Source of the DNA: a virus
Virus record (IMG/VR): IMGVR_UViG_3300047160_002226
Coordinates: 52,150 to 116,149 of that record
Length of the DNA stretch: 64,000 bases
Strand: one strand, 5' to 3'
Shown here: in pieces, positions 18,315-28,426 of the stretch
How the letters are laid out: every line of letters starts with the position of its first letter
Position numbering within the stretch: position 1 is the first letter of the stretch
Translations under genes and position numbers: made by a program
The notes under the pieces: generated by a model
What the model was told of the DNA's origin: nothing
Database searches by the model: none
Seen by the model: only the letters and a program-made list of their open reading frames with translations

Positions 18315-19820
18315 GTGGCTGATCTTCCCCCGATTGATTACGCCTCTGGCGATTTCCAGACATTCCTAGATAACGAGCTAGCGTTTCTCCAGGCTGAGCT
18401 TGACCAGAGCGACTTCAACGACTTCGTGGCCTCTCAGATCACGATGTTTCTCGCTCGCCTGAATGCGTATACCTCTGGTATTCAGGCTTTCAAGCTCGAC
18501 ATCACGGCCAATGAGATCTTCCTCGTCACGGCGACTCAGCGTCGGTCAATCATCCGCTTCGCAAAGCCTCTTGGCTACATTATGGCGCTGCCTACAGCAG
18601 CGTCAGTCAATCTTTCGCTACTGCTTCAAGCACCTTACCCACAGCCACTCTACATTACCGCAGGAACGCAGTTCCAGGCTGGCGGAAAATTCTGGGAAGT
18701 AGACGATACCTACATCCTCCAGGCGAACACTCTAGCCTCTATAGTTCGTGCTAGCAACCCGACGATGACGCCTATCTCAGTCATCGGTGCGAATGAAGGC
18801 CAGACATTCACGGAAACGTTCTCCGCAACTGGAGCCCTCAACCAGCAGTTCGTTCTAACACGTTCTCCGATCATCAATAACACCGTATCGATGACTGTAG
18901 ATGGCGTTCCATGGACCCAGATCGACTATATCGTCTTTGCTGCAGCGACAGATAAAGCTTACGTCGTGGCCTTCGATGAGAACCAAGCTGGCACCGTTGA
19001 GTTCGGCAACAGCAAGTACGGTCTCATCCCTTCGCTCGGATCAACGATCCAAGTTACTTACCGCATCGGTGGTGGGACCGCTGGAGATCTCTCGGCTGGG
19101 GCTATCAACACGACGATCCTGGGGCTCCTCAACAACATCACGCCAGTCCAAGTGCCTGTCACCAACCCGACCGCTGCGACTGGTGGTGCTGATGCTGAAT
19201 CAATCGACCACGCCAAGCTCTACATCCCGAAGTTCCTCAAGACTATCGAGCACGCGGTCACGATCCAAGACTACAACACTCTCGCATCGGTCTTCTCGGA
19301 TCCCGCTTCTGGAACAGTCACTAAGGCGATAACTCAACTTCGTGGTGGCGAGCTGAACAAGGTTGACGTGTTCATCTGGGTCACGGATCCAGTTACGGGG
19401 GCTCTTGTCGGTGGGCTCAACGTACCTGTTGCTCTGTTGAACTCACTTTACGATTATCTTGCCGTTAGGAACGTTCTCGTTCACGATCTACACGTTTTTG
19501 CAGGTATCGTAACGCCTGTTTATATCGTTGCAAACGTGCTTTACCAGCACAACAAGACGCCTACTGACGTAGCTGCGGCCTTGCAGCTCGCTGCGCAGGG
19601 ATTCTTCAATGCAGCATCCTTCAACCCAGGTGAGATGGTTTCGATTTCGCAACTCTACGAGACATTCCAGTTGGTAGATGGTGTCGATTCTCTCGTCATA
19701 ACTGGACTTGACAAGGTTTCATCACCTGTGGTAGCTGGAAACGTTGCTATAGACGGTGATAAGATCGCTGTTCTAGGCACAGCTACATTCAATCTGACCT
19801 CAGCTCCGCTGGTGCCGTAA
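18315..19820 (+). CDS. Baseplate wedge protein, gp6/gpJ-like
   Basis: IDYASGDF, TATQRRS, YRIGGG..G, ATGGADAESI, AVTIQDY motifs. Confidence 0.9.
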   Translation: MADLPPIDYASGDFQTFLDNELAFLQAELDQSDFNDFVASQITMFLARLNAYTSGIQAFKLDITANEIFLVTATQRRSIIRFAKPLGYIMALPTAASVNLSLLLQAPYPQPLYITAGTQFQAGGKFWEVDDTYILQANTLASIVRASNPTMTPISVIGANEGQTFTETFSATGALNQQFVLTRSPIINNTVSMTVDGVPWTQIDYIVFAAATDKAYVVAFDENQAGTVEFGNSKYGLIPSLGSTIQVTYRIGGGTAGDLSAGAINTTILGLLNNITPVQVPVTNPTAATGGADAESIDHAKLYIPKFLKTIEHAVTIQDYNTLASVFSDPASGTVTKAITQLRGGELNKVDVFIWVTDPVTGALVGGLNVPVALLNSLYDYLAVRNVLVHDLHVFAGIVTPVYIVANVLYQHNKTPTDVAAALQLAAQGFFNAASFNPGEMVSISQLYETFQLVDGVDSLVITGLDKVSSPVVAGNVAIDGDKIAVLGTATFNLTSAPLVP

Positions 19821-21829
19821 TGGGCGTAAACTTCCAAGATCTGTTGCCTGAGTACATTCAGTCTCATGATCGACGCCAGTTCATCATGAATCTGATGCAG
19901 GCATGGCAGAACAACTATTACGACATCGACTCACAGATAGACGGTCTCCTCGTCATCACCGACGTGGATGACTGTCCATCGCAGTACCTTGACTACATCG
20001 CTGCGATGATCGGATTCCCTCTTCTTGGCATTGACTCCGATGAGGAGAAGCGGGTTCAGATCAAGAACGCTGTTGCCTTCTACAAGATCAAGGGAACGTT
20101 GGAGTCCTGGCACATAGTATTCGCTTCGCTGGGCTTCGATGTTACAGTCCAAGAGCTATGGTATCCTCCGACACCAGATACGGTTAACATCACTCCTGGC
20201 AACCTTATCCCATACAACCCACGTGTAGAAATCCCCGTGATCGGTAGGGACAATGTAACACAGCCGATTACAGCTCGTCTGTTGTCGGTAGATCTTACAA
20301 CACCACTAGATCTTACTGGTAATACGCAGCTAACGGTCGTGGTGAACGGTGGATCTCCAACAACTGTGGATATCGTTTTGGGCGGCTATCTTGTGGCTGG
20401 AGACTCTGCTGCATCGGTGTCCCGTCCATCGCTCATCGCAGCGCTCAACGCGGCTGGTGCTGGAGCAGCAGTAGCTCAGGCATATCCACCGTCCACGCCG
20501 CCAGCGGCTTTCGGTGCCTCCTTCTTGCTTTACAAAACGATCTTGAGCGGTTCCACTGCTTCGCTCACTGTCTCTGGTTCAGCGGCGCCACTCATCTTCG
20601 GTGCGACAACTTCCGCCGTTGGAGCTGATCCGCCGACCCTTGGAACAGCGGCGTCCCTTACGTTCCTCGATACGCAGCTTGCAGCTCAGCCGACGATCAC
20701 CGTCAACGCTTCGACTAACGGTGTCTGGGGCAATTTCATCTACATCTCGATTACCGACCCAGCCGATCTTACACAAGATCCATTGGTGACGTTCGACCTG
20801 CATATCCTTTTCGACAATGGGCTAGGGCCAGAGGAAGTCCGCTACTTCCCAAATCTCACGAAGGGCGGCACACCTTATGTGGACAATGTCGTTTCAACTG
20901 TAGAAGGTCAAACGTTTTACATTGACATCGAGTCTCTTGCGACCTCACTCTTCCGTCCAGCTAACACTGGTTCGCCAGTAGCACTTGTAGGTGGGGTGCC
21001 TCCAACGACTACTAAGAGTCCATACGTGGACATTACTCTCTCCACTAGCTTCCTTGACCCAGCCTTCTTGAACAAGGGTCAGTTCTTCGATGGCCGCATC
21101 GAGGAGGTCAAGGCAGCTCACATTCGGATACGAACGAAGAGGATTGCGATCTCGTTCTCCGAGCAAGCGATCACGCGGGCAGAGGTCTTTGACCCAGCGA
21201 CTTCGCAGTTCATTCCGCTTGTTCAAATCGACTACGATGATTCGGCGTGTAACGCACTTGTCAACGCAATGATCGTTGATCTTCTGCAGCCTTCTTGCCG
21301 CTACCCCGTTGGCGCTATCACCGTTTACTTCCACAATGGCTTCATCGTTGGACGAGATGGCACGTACTATCACGGCTATCTGCCGTTCACATTCGACGGT
21401 GGGATCCCCGATACACCACCCGCTGGCCTTACAGGCGTTCCTGGTTACGTCTATGGTTATGACAACGCTGCGAGTCTAACCTACGGGACTACTCTCGACC
21501 TGGAAGGACACCAGTTTATCTATGGTCTTACGTTCGATGCATCATTCTGCGATACGGATGTCCTCAACGTCTCTGTTGGTGGTAGCGGCACCATACTGAC
21601 TGACTCAAGCTTCTACGGCGTGACGGTATCTCAACAGCCTCTCTTCAATGGGCAAGGTCTATCTACGACTTTCAGTGGCTATATCCCATTTGACTCTAAT
21701 GTGTTTGGGTCTGATACAAATGGAGCACCTGCAGCACTACCCGATCCAGAGAACTCAACGGCCATTATCGCCAAGGATCCAGTGTCGGGCGAAACGTTCC
21801 TGGTCGATGACTGGCGCTACGCAAACTAG
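19820..21829 (+). CDS. Baseplate wedge protein, gp7/P2 gpI-like, with sheath-like inserted domains
   Basis: DVDDCPSQYLDYIA..IG, KR..IKNA..FYKIKGT motifs. Confidence 0.8.
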   Translation: MGVNFQDLLPEYIQSHDRRQFIMNLMQAWQNNYYDIDSQIDGLLVITDVDDCPSQYLDYIAAMIGFPLLGIDSDEEKRVQIKNAVAFYKIKGTLESWHIVFASLGFDVTVQELWYPPTPDTVNITPGNLIPYNPRVEIPVIGRDNVTQPITARLLSVDLTTPLDLTGNTQLTVVVNGGSPTTVDIVLGGYLVAGDSAASVSRPSLIAALNAAGAGAAVAQAYPPSTPPAAFGASFLLYKTILSGSTASLTVSGSAAPLIFGATTSAVGADPPTLGTAASLTFLDTQLAAQPTITVNASTNGVWGNFIYISITDPADLTQDPLVTFDLHILFDNGLGPEEVRYFPNLTKGGTPYVDNVVSTVEGQTFYIDIESLATSLFRPANTGSPVALVGGVPPTTTKSPYVDITLSTSFLDPAFLNKGQFFDGRIEEVKAAHIRIRTKRIAISFSEQAITRAEVFDPATSQFIPLVQIDYDDSACNALVNAMIVDLLQPSCRYPVGAITVYFHNGFIVGRDGTYYHGYLPFTFDGGIPDTPPAGLTGVPGYVYGYDNAASLTYGTTLDLEGHQFIYGLTFDASFCDTDVLNVSVGGSGTILTDSSFYGVTVSQQPLFNGQGLSTTFSGYIPFDSNVFGSDTNGAPAALPDPENSTAIIAKDPVSGETFLVDDWRYAN

Positions 21830-21844
21830 CGCGCGAGGATTTAG

Positions 21845-22480
21845 ATGAGCACCTTTCCGCTAGATCTTAGTGATCTCCCAAAGCCTTGGCAGCGTCTCCT
21901 CGTAGACCGCATTGGGGAGCCCAGAGGCTTCGTCAGGATTCGTAGATACAACCCAGAGCTAGGAATCTCGGAACCTGTAGAGCCATGGTCTGAGAATCTA
22001 GTAGTCAACAGTGGCCGTGGAGTCATATCCCAGCAGATTTCTGGCTACTTCATGACGGGACCTGTGGCGTGGACGCAACTCACCAGCGCTACGCCAGGCC
22101 AGGGTGCTACGCAGAACACCGTTACTCGTGCTCTCATCGGCATTGGCGGGCATGATCCGATGACCCTTCTCCCGCTTACTCCAAGCCTAACGGATGTGAA
22201 TCTTGGCAGTTTCGTTGCTAGCGGCGAGCTAACGATGGATGCTGTCACATTCCCGACATCAACGTCCGTTGCTTTCCAGTTCCACATTGACGCATCCAGC
22301 CCTATCCCAGCCTTCTCCGAAGCTGGCCTTGCCGTACAAGGTGCTGGGGCTCCAACAGCGTGGAGTGCTGCAGATCCAGGTGCTAACCCAACTCACATTC
22401 TGTTCTCCCGCAAGTGCTTCGGTTACATCACGAAGGTAGCAGGTTGGCAGTACCAATTCTCATGGATCATTGTGTTCTGA
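21845..22480 (+). CDS. Baseplate / fibre-attachment protein
   Basis: NLVVNSGR, IGIGG, FSEAGL, LFSRKCF..ITK...W.I.F motifs. Confidence 0.7.
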   Translation: MSTFPLDLSDLPKPWQRLLVDRIGEPRGFVRIRRYNPELGISEPVEPWSENLVVNSGRGVISQQISGYFMTGPVAWTQLTSATPGQGATQNTVTRALIGIGGHDPMTLLPLTPSLTDVNLGSFVASGELTMDAVTFPTSTSVAFQFHIDASSPIPAFSEAGLAVQGAGAPTAWSAADPGANPTHILFSRKCFGYITKVAGWQYQFSWIIVF

Positions 22481-22494
22481 GCTGATAAGCGAGG

Positions 22495-22893
22495 TTGCCT
22501 GTGCCCCAAGGCGTCAATGGAAATTTGTTGGACATCACCTACTACACGAACACTACGCCCGTGTACTACACGTCGTCCAACATCCCTCTCCAGAACCTCA
22601 ACAGCAACATCCTCACACTTGACCAGCAGCTTAACGGGTGGGTCGCTACAGGTATCTCAGCTCAGAGTCGCCCTGGCGATGGCGTATTCAATACTGGTAT
22701 TGTGTTTCCGTTTACGATGAACACCGTTCCTCGTATAGTCCTTGGTCGCTCCGAGGAATCAACGCTCGCGGTTGGAAAGTTGTATGTGGCTGCAAGTAGC
22801 AGAACTACAGCAGGGTTCAACTTGGTTGTCATAGCGAACGGCACAGGTGGTGCCTGGACAGCCAATATCAACTGGCTAGCGGACGGGAGGTAA
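22495..22893 (+). CDS. Short fibre protein (gp53-C / H-lectin-like beta domain)
   Basis: Shared N-terminal fibre motif; IVFPFTMNTVPRIV...TTAGF...INWLA. Confidence 0.6.
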   Translation: MPVPQGVNGNLLDITYYTNTTPVYYTSSNIPLQNLNSNILTLDQQLNGWVATGISAQSRPGDGVFNTGIVFPFTMNTVPRIVLGRSEESTLAVGKLYVAASSRTTAGFNLVVIANGTGGAWTANINWLADGR

Positions 22894-22896
22894 GCT

Positions 22897-24036
22897 ATGC
22901 CTACACTCATAGCCATCCGCTACTACACAGAATCTACGCCAGTCCTTGCAACACGGGACAACGAACCACTGCAAGATCTGAGTACCAATATCAACACCGT
23001 CAACGCCGCTGTTGACGGTCTAACAACCTCATTCAACACGCTGAACACGGACTATACGACTCACCACAAGGGTCTAGGCGCAGATCCTAACGGTACACCG
23101 CTGGCAGGCATTACTCACCAGAACGCCACAGCCACGACCTCTGGCTTCATGTCGTCCTCGCAGTACACCAAGCTCTCGTTGATCCAAGACAATGCTCAGG
23201 TAAACGCCCTGGCGCTCGTAGAGGCCCTTGAGCTGGTCTCTCGTGGTTCTACGACTCTCCACAGGCACAGGAACGCTGATTCCAACGCACCCGATCCCAC
23301 TCCTGCTGGCGTATACCACGATGGGTTCATGTCAGCATCGCAGGCTGCTCGTCTCGCATCTATTGCCTTCGGCGCTCAGCCACAAGATCCAGAGTACGTA
23401 GCAGCCAAACCAGCCATATTGCATGGCACTACGCCAGTCGGTGGGCTTTATCCTGCTGACGCTTACCACAAACATGCTAATCAACTGACGGTTGGCACTC
23501 CGACTCCTAGTCCTCCACCATCTTTCTCGAATATCACGAGTTTGAACATCATTGGCGCTGGTGGGCTTGGTGTTGGCATTGTCTCGCCTTCGCCTGGACA
23601 AGCGAACGTCACTCTGACACAAGCTGCTGGTCCGACGCCAACACCAACTCCTGGGCCGACTCCACTTCCAACGCAGGATCATTCATATCAACCTGTTGCG
23701 CACTTCTTCTCAGTCGCTAACATCAGCGGAACAGGCACTATCAGTGTACCATCTAACTTTACACCGATTGCTGCTTGGGGTCAAACGTCCGATAACAACG
23801 GCTTCGTTTCCCAGGGCTTCACGGAGGCTGGTGCAACGACGCCGCAGCAGGGAGCACAAGTCACAGGCAACAGCAACGCTCAGCTCAGCGGCCACTTTGG
23901 ATTCGGTAACTTCGGCAATCAATTGACAGTTACAGCGTTCACCAGCTCTGGACTGGCGTACAGCGTGAATACAGGTGCGTTCTGGATTACAGGCATCATG
24001 CTTGGTTACACAACTGCGGTTATCACGTTCCCGTGA
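22897..24036 (+). CDS. Tail fibre protein
   Basis: ATATTSGFMSS..YTKL / DGFMSASQAARL repeats, HxH motifs, PT linker. Confidence 0.75.
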   Translation: MPTLIAIRYYTESTPVLATRDNEPLQDLSTNINTVNAAVDGLTTSFNTLNTDYTTHHKGLGADPNGTPLAGITHQNATATTSGFMSSSQYTKLSLIQDNAQVNALALVEALELVSRGSTTLHRHRNADSNAPDPTPAGVYHDGFMSASQAARLASIAFGAQPQDPEYVAAKPAILHGTTPVGGLYPADAYHKHANQLTVGTPTPSPPPSFSNITSLNIIGAGGLGVGIVSPSPGQANVTLTQAAGPTPTPTPGPTPLPTQDHSYQPVAHFFSVANISGTGTISVPSNFTPIAAWGQTSDNNGFVSQGFTEAGATTPQQGAQVTGNSNAQLSGHFGFGNFGNQLTVTAFTSSGLAYSVNTGAFWITGIMLGYTTAVITFP

Positions 24037-24056
24037 GCGCTTAGAAGGTATCTGCT

Positions 24057-25688
24057 ATGGGTAAGGGCACACACGGCGATCTCTTTCCAGTTCGTTACTA
24101 CCTCAACACAACCCCTGTCAATTGGGTTGAGGCTAACGAACCGCTACAGGATCTTGAAGCGAACCTCCTGGTTCTCGATTCCAAGATCGCTGACCTCTAT
24201 GCCCATGGCATTGCTGGTGGTGGAGGTGGTGGAGGAGGCGGTGGCGGTGGTGGTGGATCAACGGTCGTTGCTACGACAGCAACCATCAGTCGCGCCGTAG
24301 AGGCTACATACGACATTACTGGTACGCCAGCACCTACCGTTGGAACGGTTGGTACAGATCTCACCGCTCTCGTCTTCACCAACACAGGAGGCGCAGGACA
24401 GAAGGCAGAGATCTCGGTTCCAGAGGACTATTCTAACGGTCCTATCTCGTTCATGCTCACCTATGCTATGTCCGCTGCTGGAAGTGGATTTGTTGTATTT
24501 AACGTAGTTGGTGAGATAGCCCATGTTAACGACTCAATCACACCATTCGGTGCCCCAGACATTGAGAATCTCGTCGTCAACAACAACGTAAACCCAGGCG
24601 AGGTTCAGCTCTATCAAATCCCAGAGGGCAACTTCGCCAAGGGCGACCGTATTCGTCTCGACTTCACTCGCTCTGCATCTGATCCAAACACAGCCGATAT
24701 GTCCGTAATGGCTATCTTTTACGAATATACAGGCTTTGTCAATCAGAATCGCAGCTACTCAGCTATCGCAGAGATCATCTACGATTCGGCAGAAACACCA
24801 CCAAACGCTGGAACGTATGGAACGGACCTCAATACGTTCGATTTCCCATTTGCAACCGACTCTGGCTCTAAGGTTCTCGGCATCGTTCCAGAGGAATGGG
24901 ATGGCGTAACGGATCCGTATCTGGTCCTCACGTACGCGATGTCTGGTACACCTGCAGCAAACGCTGTCGTGCGTATCGAGTCGAGCGGTCAAGTAGCTAA
25001 TGTCGCCTCACCAGGGGTGCTGAACACGCTTCCAGTGACTCAGTTCACTTTCCCTGTGTCAGCCGATACACAACCACATCGCACGCTTTCTATGCCGTTC
25101 GCGTCCTCGAACTTCTCGAAGGGCAGCGCTTACGCTATCAAGTTCGCTAGACGTACAACAGCGGTTCCCAACAACGCCCTCTTCAACTTCCAGCTCCTAA
25201 GTGCAGAGGTCATCTTCGGCTTCCCGACAAGTATCGGGCCTCCACAACAGGAGATGACGCTACCACCAGGCATATTCAAGCCCGTTACGAATGACGTAGC
25301 GACGGATGTGCTACCGACTGACTTCACTGGTGACTTCGACCGTTACAACTACATGAAAGCCAACTCAGCTTCCAGCGTGTGCCACGTCCATGTTTTCAAC
25401 TGTATGCCATCTGGCACAACGAAGCTAACGCGGACAAAGATTTCACTCAAGTTCTCATCGGCTTCCGACTCCGCGCTCATCAAAATCTACGCGAAGTCGG
25501 TTGGCGTTTCACCTGTCTTGACCTATGGACCTGTGAGCCCAACATCTCGCACCGTCTATACTTTCGCCAACACAGACCTTTCGGCGCAACCTGCGGGCAC
25601 TGGTGAGTACCTCATCGTCGTTGAAGTGACACTCGCGGCTATCAATGATGAAGCCTTCGTTGGTGCTGCACGAGTTATCCATACCTGA
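24057..25688 (+). CDS. Tail fibre / receptor-binding protein
   Basis: Shared N-terminal motif, poly-Gly hinge, tandem beta-rich domains. Confidence 0.7.
   Translation: MGKGTHGDLFPVRYYLNTTPVNWVEANEPLQDLEANLLVLDSKIADLYAHGIAGGGGGGGGGGGGGGSTVVATTATISRAVEATYDITGTPAPTVGTVGTDLTALVFTNTGGAGQKAEISVPEDYSNGPISFMLTYAMSAAGSGFVVFNVVGEIAHVNDSITPFGAPDIENLVVNNNVNPGEVQLYQIPEGNFAKGDRIRLDFTRSASDPNTADMSVMAIFYEYTGFVNQNRSYSAIAEIIYDSAETPPNAGTYGTDLNTFDFPFATDSGSKVLGIVPEEWDGVTDPYLVLTYAMSGTPAANAVVRIESSGQVANVASPGVLNTLPVTQFTFPVSADTQPHRTLSMPFASSNFSKGSAYAIKFARRTTAVPNNALFNFQLLSAEVIFGFPTSIGPPQQEMTLPPGIFKPVTNDVATDVLPTDFTGDFDRYNYMKANSASSVCHVHVFNCMPSGTTKLTRTKISLKFSSASDSALIKIYAKSVGVSPVLTYGPVSPTSRTVYTFANTDLSAQPAGTGEYLIVVEVTLAAINDEAFVGAARVIHT
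24216..24257 (+). repeat. GGN codon repeat encoding a poly-Gly hinge
   Basis: ggtggtggaggtggtggaggaggcggtggcggtggtggtgga. Confidence 0.8.
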
Positions 25689-25700
25689 GCGGTGTGACCT

Positions 25701-26360
25701 ATGGCTGCAAGCAAAAGATCAACGAAGATAGGTGAGATTCCCGTAGGTGGTGTCATCGCTTGGATGTCACCGCTGGCGATCACATCTACGACCCCGCCTC
25801 CAGGCTGGGAGTTCTGTGACGGTACTGCTGTCACCACGGTAGGCTCGTTTCTTCTAGGGCAAACGAAGCCATCGCTCATGATAACCACGGGTGGTGGCGC
25901 ACAGCGCTTCATTCGTGGGCATAACCTCACAAGCGGAACCTATGGCGGCGGTGCAGCTTTCACGACAGGCGGTTCTGACTCAGCACCAGTGCCAGGACTC
26001 TCTGATCCTGGTCACTCCCATGGCGCAGGGCATAGCCACGGCGGTTCAGGTTCGACAAATAACGACGGTTCTCACTCTCACGGCATGAGCTTCAACACTG
26101 GCTTCGTGCAGAATCGCTCAGAGAACAGTGGTCACACGTTCTTCACGAACAACTGCACCAACCTTGGTGGCGAAGATCATAACCACTTCGTCAGTGCTAA
26201 TACGAATGTCGATGGAGCCCACAACCACAGCATCAACGTGAACGTTGCTACGTCGAACAGTGGAACGAACACCAATTCGACTGGTATTAGTCTAACTGGC
26301 GGCGGTGGCGACAATAGACCATCGTTTGTCCACATGGTCTGGATCGTGAGAGTACTGTAA
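25701..26360 (+). CDS. Tail collar domain fibre (gp12/gp37 tip-like, HxH repeats)
   Basis: IPVGGVIAW...PPGWEFCDG...RFIRG; multiple HSH/HNH; NRPSFVHMVWIVRV. Confidence 0.85.
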   Translation: MAASKRSTKIGEIPVGGVIAWMSPLAITSTTPPPGWEFCDGTAVTTVGSFLLGQTKPSLMITTGGGAQRFIRGHNLTSGTYGGGAAFTTGGSDSAPVPGLSDPGHSHGAGHSHGGSGSTNNDGSHSHGMSFNTGFVQNRSENSGHTFFTNNCTNLGGEDHNHFVSANTNVDGAHNHSINVNVATSNSGTNTNSTGISLTGGGGDNRPSFVHMVWIVRVL

Positions 26361-26368
26361 GGTGAATT

Positions 26369-26767
26369 ATGGCTGAGCTACTTTCTCCGCACGGAACCCC
26401 TGATATCTGCCCGCTGTGCATGGGACACGCAGGGTTCCTCAACGCATGGGTTCAGAACGGCTGGGGTCCAGAGGGCGACCAGACCCGTGTCTTTTTGCCT
26501 GATGACCTTACGCTCACTGAGGTTCAGGAAGTTGCTGACTACCTTGCAACGGCTCCCAACGGTCATGTGCCTGGGATGCACTCACCAGAACCTCCGATGA
26601 CACGGAAGTGGATCTCAAACTACTGGCTTCTCTGGAAGACTTACGCCAACGCTATACCAGCAGTTCCCGCGTCTGGTACTGACGCCTATCAGGCTCTCAG
26701 GACCAGAGCTGGTGAGATGCTGGCTATGGTAGAGGCAATGGCTGAGCACTATGGAGGTCTGGGATGA
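26369..26767 (+). CDS. Hypothetical protein
   Basis: AAGGTG RBS, ORF coupled to neighbours. Confidence 0.55.
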   Translation: MAELLSPHGTPDICPLCMGHAGFLNAWVQNGWGPEGDQTRVFLPDDLTLTEVQEVADYLATAPNGHVPGMHSPEPPMTRKWISNYWLLWKTYANAIPAVPASGTDAYQALRTRAGEMLAMVEAMAEHYGGLG

Positions 26768-27135
26768 AGACTGTGAAGAAGAGCAAGAAGAAGACCCACG
26801 GGCATGACCACGTGGCAGAAGTACCTATTTCTGCTGACGGATTTGCTAAAGAGCGAGAGATGGTGATTTCTGACATCTTCTCGCCTTCTGTTCTCTTCAT
26901 TGGATGTGATAGGTGCAAGAAGAACATTCCGATATTCGTCGGCACAGGTCGTTTCCGTATCAAAGGCGAGTTGTCAGTTATGTGCCTGTCATGCGGAAAT
27001 ATCACGAAGTTGGAAGGAGAATGGGGTCACAACCTGCAGCGAGAGGTTGCTGTGCGTGAGCATCTGCGCAACGGCATCACTGCAGACGCGGTCTGTAAGA
27101 TCCGAGACATCCGCACTACGTTCCTGTTCTCATGA
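26764..27135 (+). CDS. Hypothetical Zn-ribbon protein
   Basis: CDRC and CLSC pairs. Confidence 0.55.
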   Translation: MKTVKKSKKKTHGHDHVAEVPISADGFAKEREMVISDIFSPSVLFIGCDRCKKNIPIFVGTGRFRIKGELSVMCLSCGNITKLEGEWGHNLQREVAVREHLRNGITADAVCKIRDIRTTFLFS

Positions 27136-27329
27136 CGCAATCGCCTGATGACCTTCTCGCGTACGGGGAAGCGGCTAAGTACGTCGAGATATGCCCTGGC
27201 AAGCTCGTCAGAATGGTTAACGAGGGCCTTCTGCCTCATCCCGACGAATTTATGCGCTTCAAACGTTCTGATCTGGATAAGTTGAGAGAGAAACTACATG
27301 CATCGAGAAGGAATACTGGCGTCTCCTGA
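27132..27329 (+). CDS. Excisionase-like HTH DNA-binding protein
   Basis: LL...EAAKYV.I....L.RMVNEGLLP...RFKRSDLD. Confidence 0.7.
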   Translation: MTQSPDDLLAYGEAAKYVEICPGKLVRMVNEGLLPHPDEFMRFKRSDLDKLREKLHASRRNTGVS

Positions 27330-27633
27330 GCAGGGTCCGCTTGCTCCGTCTATCGTTGAAAATCACGTTCGTATCATTCGCGTTGAATATACCGCTACCA
27401 AAGCGGCTGTAACGCTTTCCGTTGGTCATATCGACGGCACTCCCAAGTTCATCGAGTTCCGCAAGTTTCCAATGGATATCAAGGACGTGCCGCCAGCGAC
27501 GGATTTCACTACTCTTAACGGCATCTTCGACGTAAAACTCCGTGAGGAGAACATACTGACTTTGGCGTTCAACCGAGGTCTAGTCGGCGCCTACACGCCA
27601 CCTTTCCAAGATCAAACCGTTGCTGGACCATAG
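27298..27633 (+). CDS. Hypothetical protein
   Basis: ORF track; fills the gap between neighbours. Confidence 0.5.
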   Translation: MHREGILASPEQGPLAPSIVENHVRIIRVEYTATKAAVTLSVGHIDGTPKFIEFRKFPMDIKDVPPATDFTTLNGIFDVKLREENILTLAFNRGLVGAYTPPFQDQTVAGP

Positions 27634-27641
27634 AGGATCCT

Positions 27642-27998
27642 GTGAGGTTAATCGCTGCACTGCTTGTTTTCAGCGTTCTCAGTCTCGTAAGTTGTTCCTA
27701 CCGCGATAAATATCGCGAGGACAAAGACACCATAGACGCAGTAAGCATCGATCTTGCTATGTTGCACTCATACGTTGTCACGGAAATCAGGAACGACCCC
27801 AATCTTACTCCGCAGGAGAAAGCTGAGAAGCTCGCACTTTGGATAGAGATGAGAAAGCGTGTCTATAAGGCTCAGACTGGCGTTCCTGTCATCATATATC
27901 ATGATGATCAATTCTATGCAGTTTCTCCAGATGGACACGAAACTGAGGTAAGGTGGTTACTGTGGATTACAGCAATATCCAATCGTGTGGTGGAATGA
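27642..27998 (+). CDS. Putative lipoprotein
   Basis: MRLIAALLVFSVLSLVSC signal peptide with lipobox LVSC; GAGGA RBS. Confidence 0.6.
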   Translation: MRLIAALLVFSVLSLVSCSYRDKYREDKDTIDAVSIDLAMLHSYVVTEIRNDPNLTPQEKAEKLALWIEMRKRVYKAQTGVPVIIYHDDQFYAVSPDGHETEVRWLLWITAISNRVVE

Positions 27999-28357
27999 CG
28001 AGGTCTATTATGGAAGTCCATGATGATGAGGAAAAGCCGCCCATCGGCACGATTATTCGTCCTGCTGCTGTGAACAAGTTCGATCCCACGACGAAGACAA
28101 TGGTCTTTTCGTACGAGGATCTCATGGTCACTCCCCATGGTAAGAGCCCGAAGGGCGATTGGTTCTACCGTGTGAGGCGGGTGAACGGTATTTGGCGTAG
28201 CGTTCTCCCTGGAGACCGTGAAGGTGGACTCATCGTCTTCGTTCGCGAGGATGCTCCACCAGCCTACGAGATCTTCGAGCAGAAGCAGAAGTTGATGATC
28301 AGGGTAGTTAAAATCCTGTCCAACGCTGTCGTCGGGGTACTGCTCGTCGGTTCATAG
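27995..28357 (+). CDS. Hypothetical protein
   Basis: ATGA overlap with the upstream stop. Confidence 0.55.
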   Translation: MTRSIMEVHDDEEKPPIGTIIRPAAVNKFDPTTKTMVFSYEDLMVTPHGKSPKGDWFYRVRRVNGIWRSVLPGDREGGLIVFVREDAPPAYEIFEQKQKLMIRVVKILSNAVVGVLLVGS

Positions 28358-28376
28358 AATCCATGGTAATGTCTCA

Positions 28377-28426
28377 CCCCGAACAAGGAGCCGACACTAG
28401 CATGTCGGCTCCTACCATCTTCGGGG
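28377..28426 (+). promoter_or_regulatory. Long hairpin at the structural/replication boundary, covering the helicase RBS
   Basis: AGGAGCCGACA/TGTCGGCTCCT (11 bp) inside CCCCGAA/TTCGGGG (7 bp); ATG at 28433. Confidence 0.55.

Noticed and set aside
6419-22480. Bacterial eCIS/T6SS/tailocin locus
   Set aside because: Capsid, portal, terminase and replication genes are present, so this is a phage.
22495-26360. Diversity-generating retroelement or invertible fibre cassette
   Set aside because: No reverse transcriptase, invertase or long nucleotide repeat pair seen; fibre similarity is at protein-motif level only.
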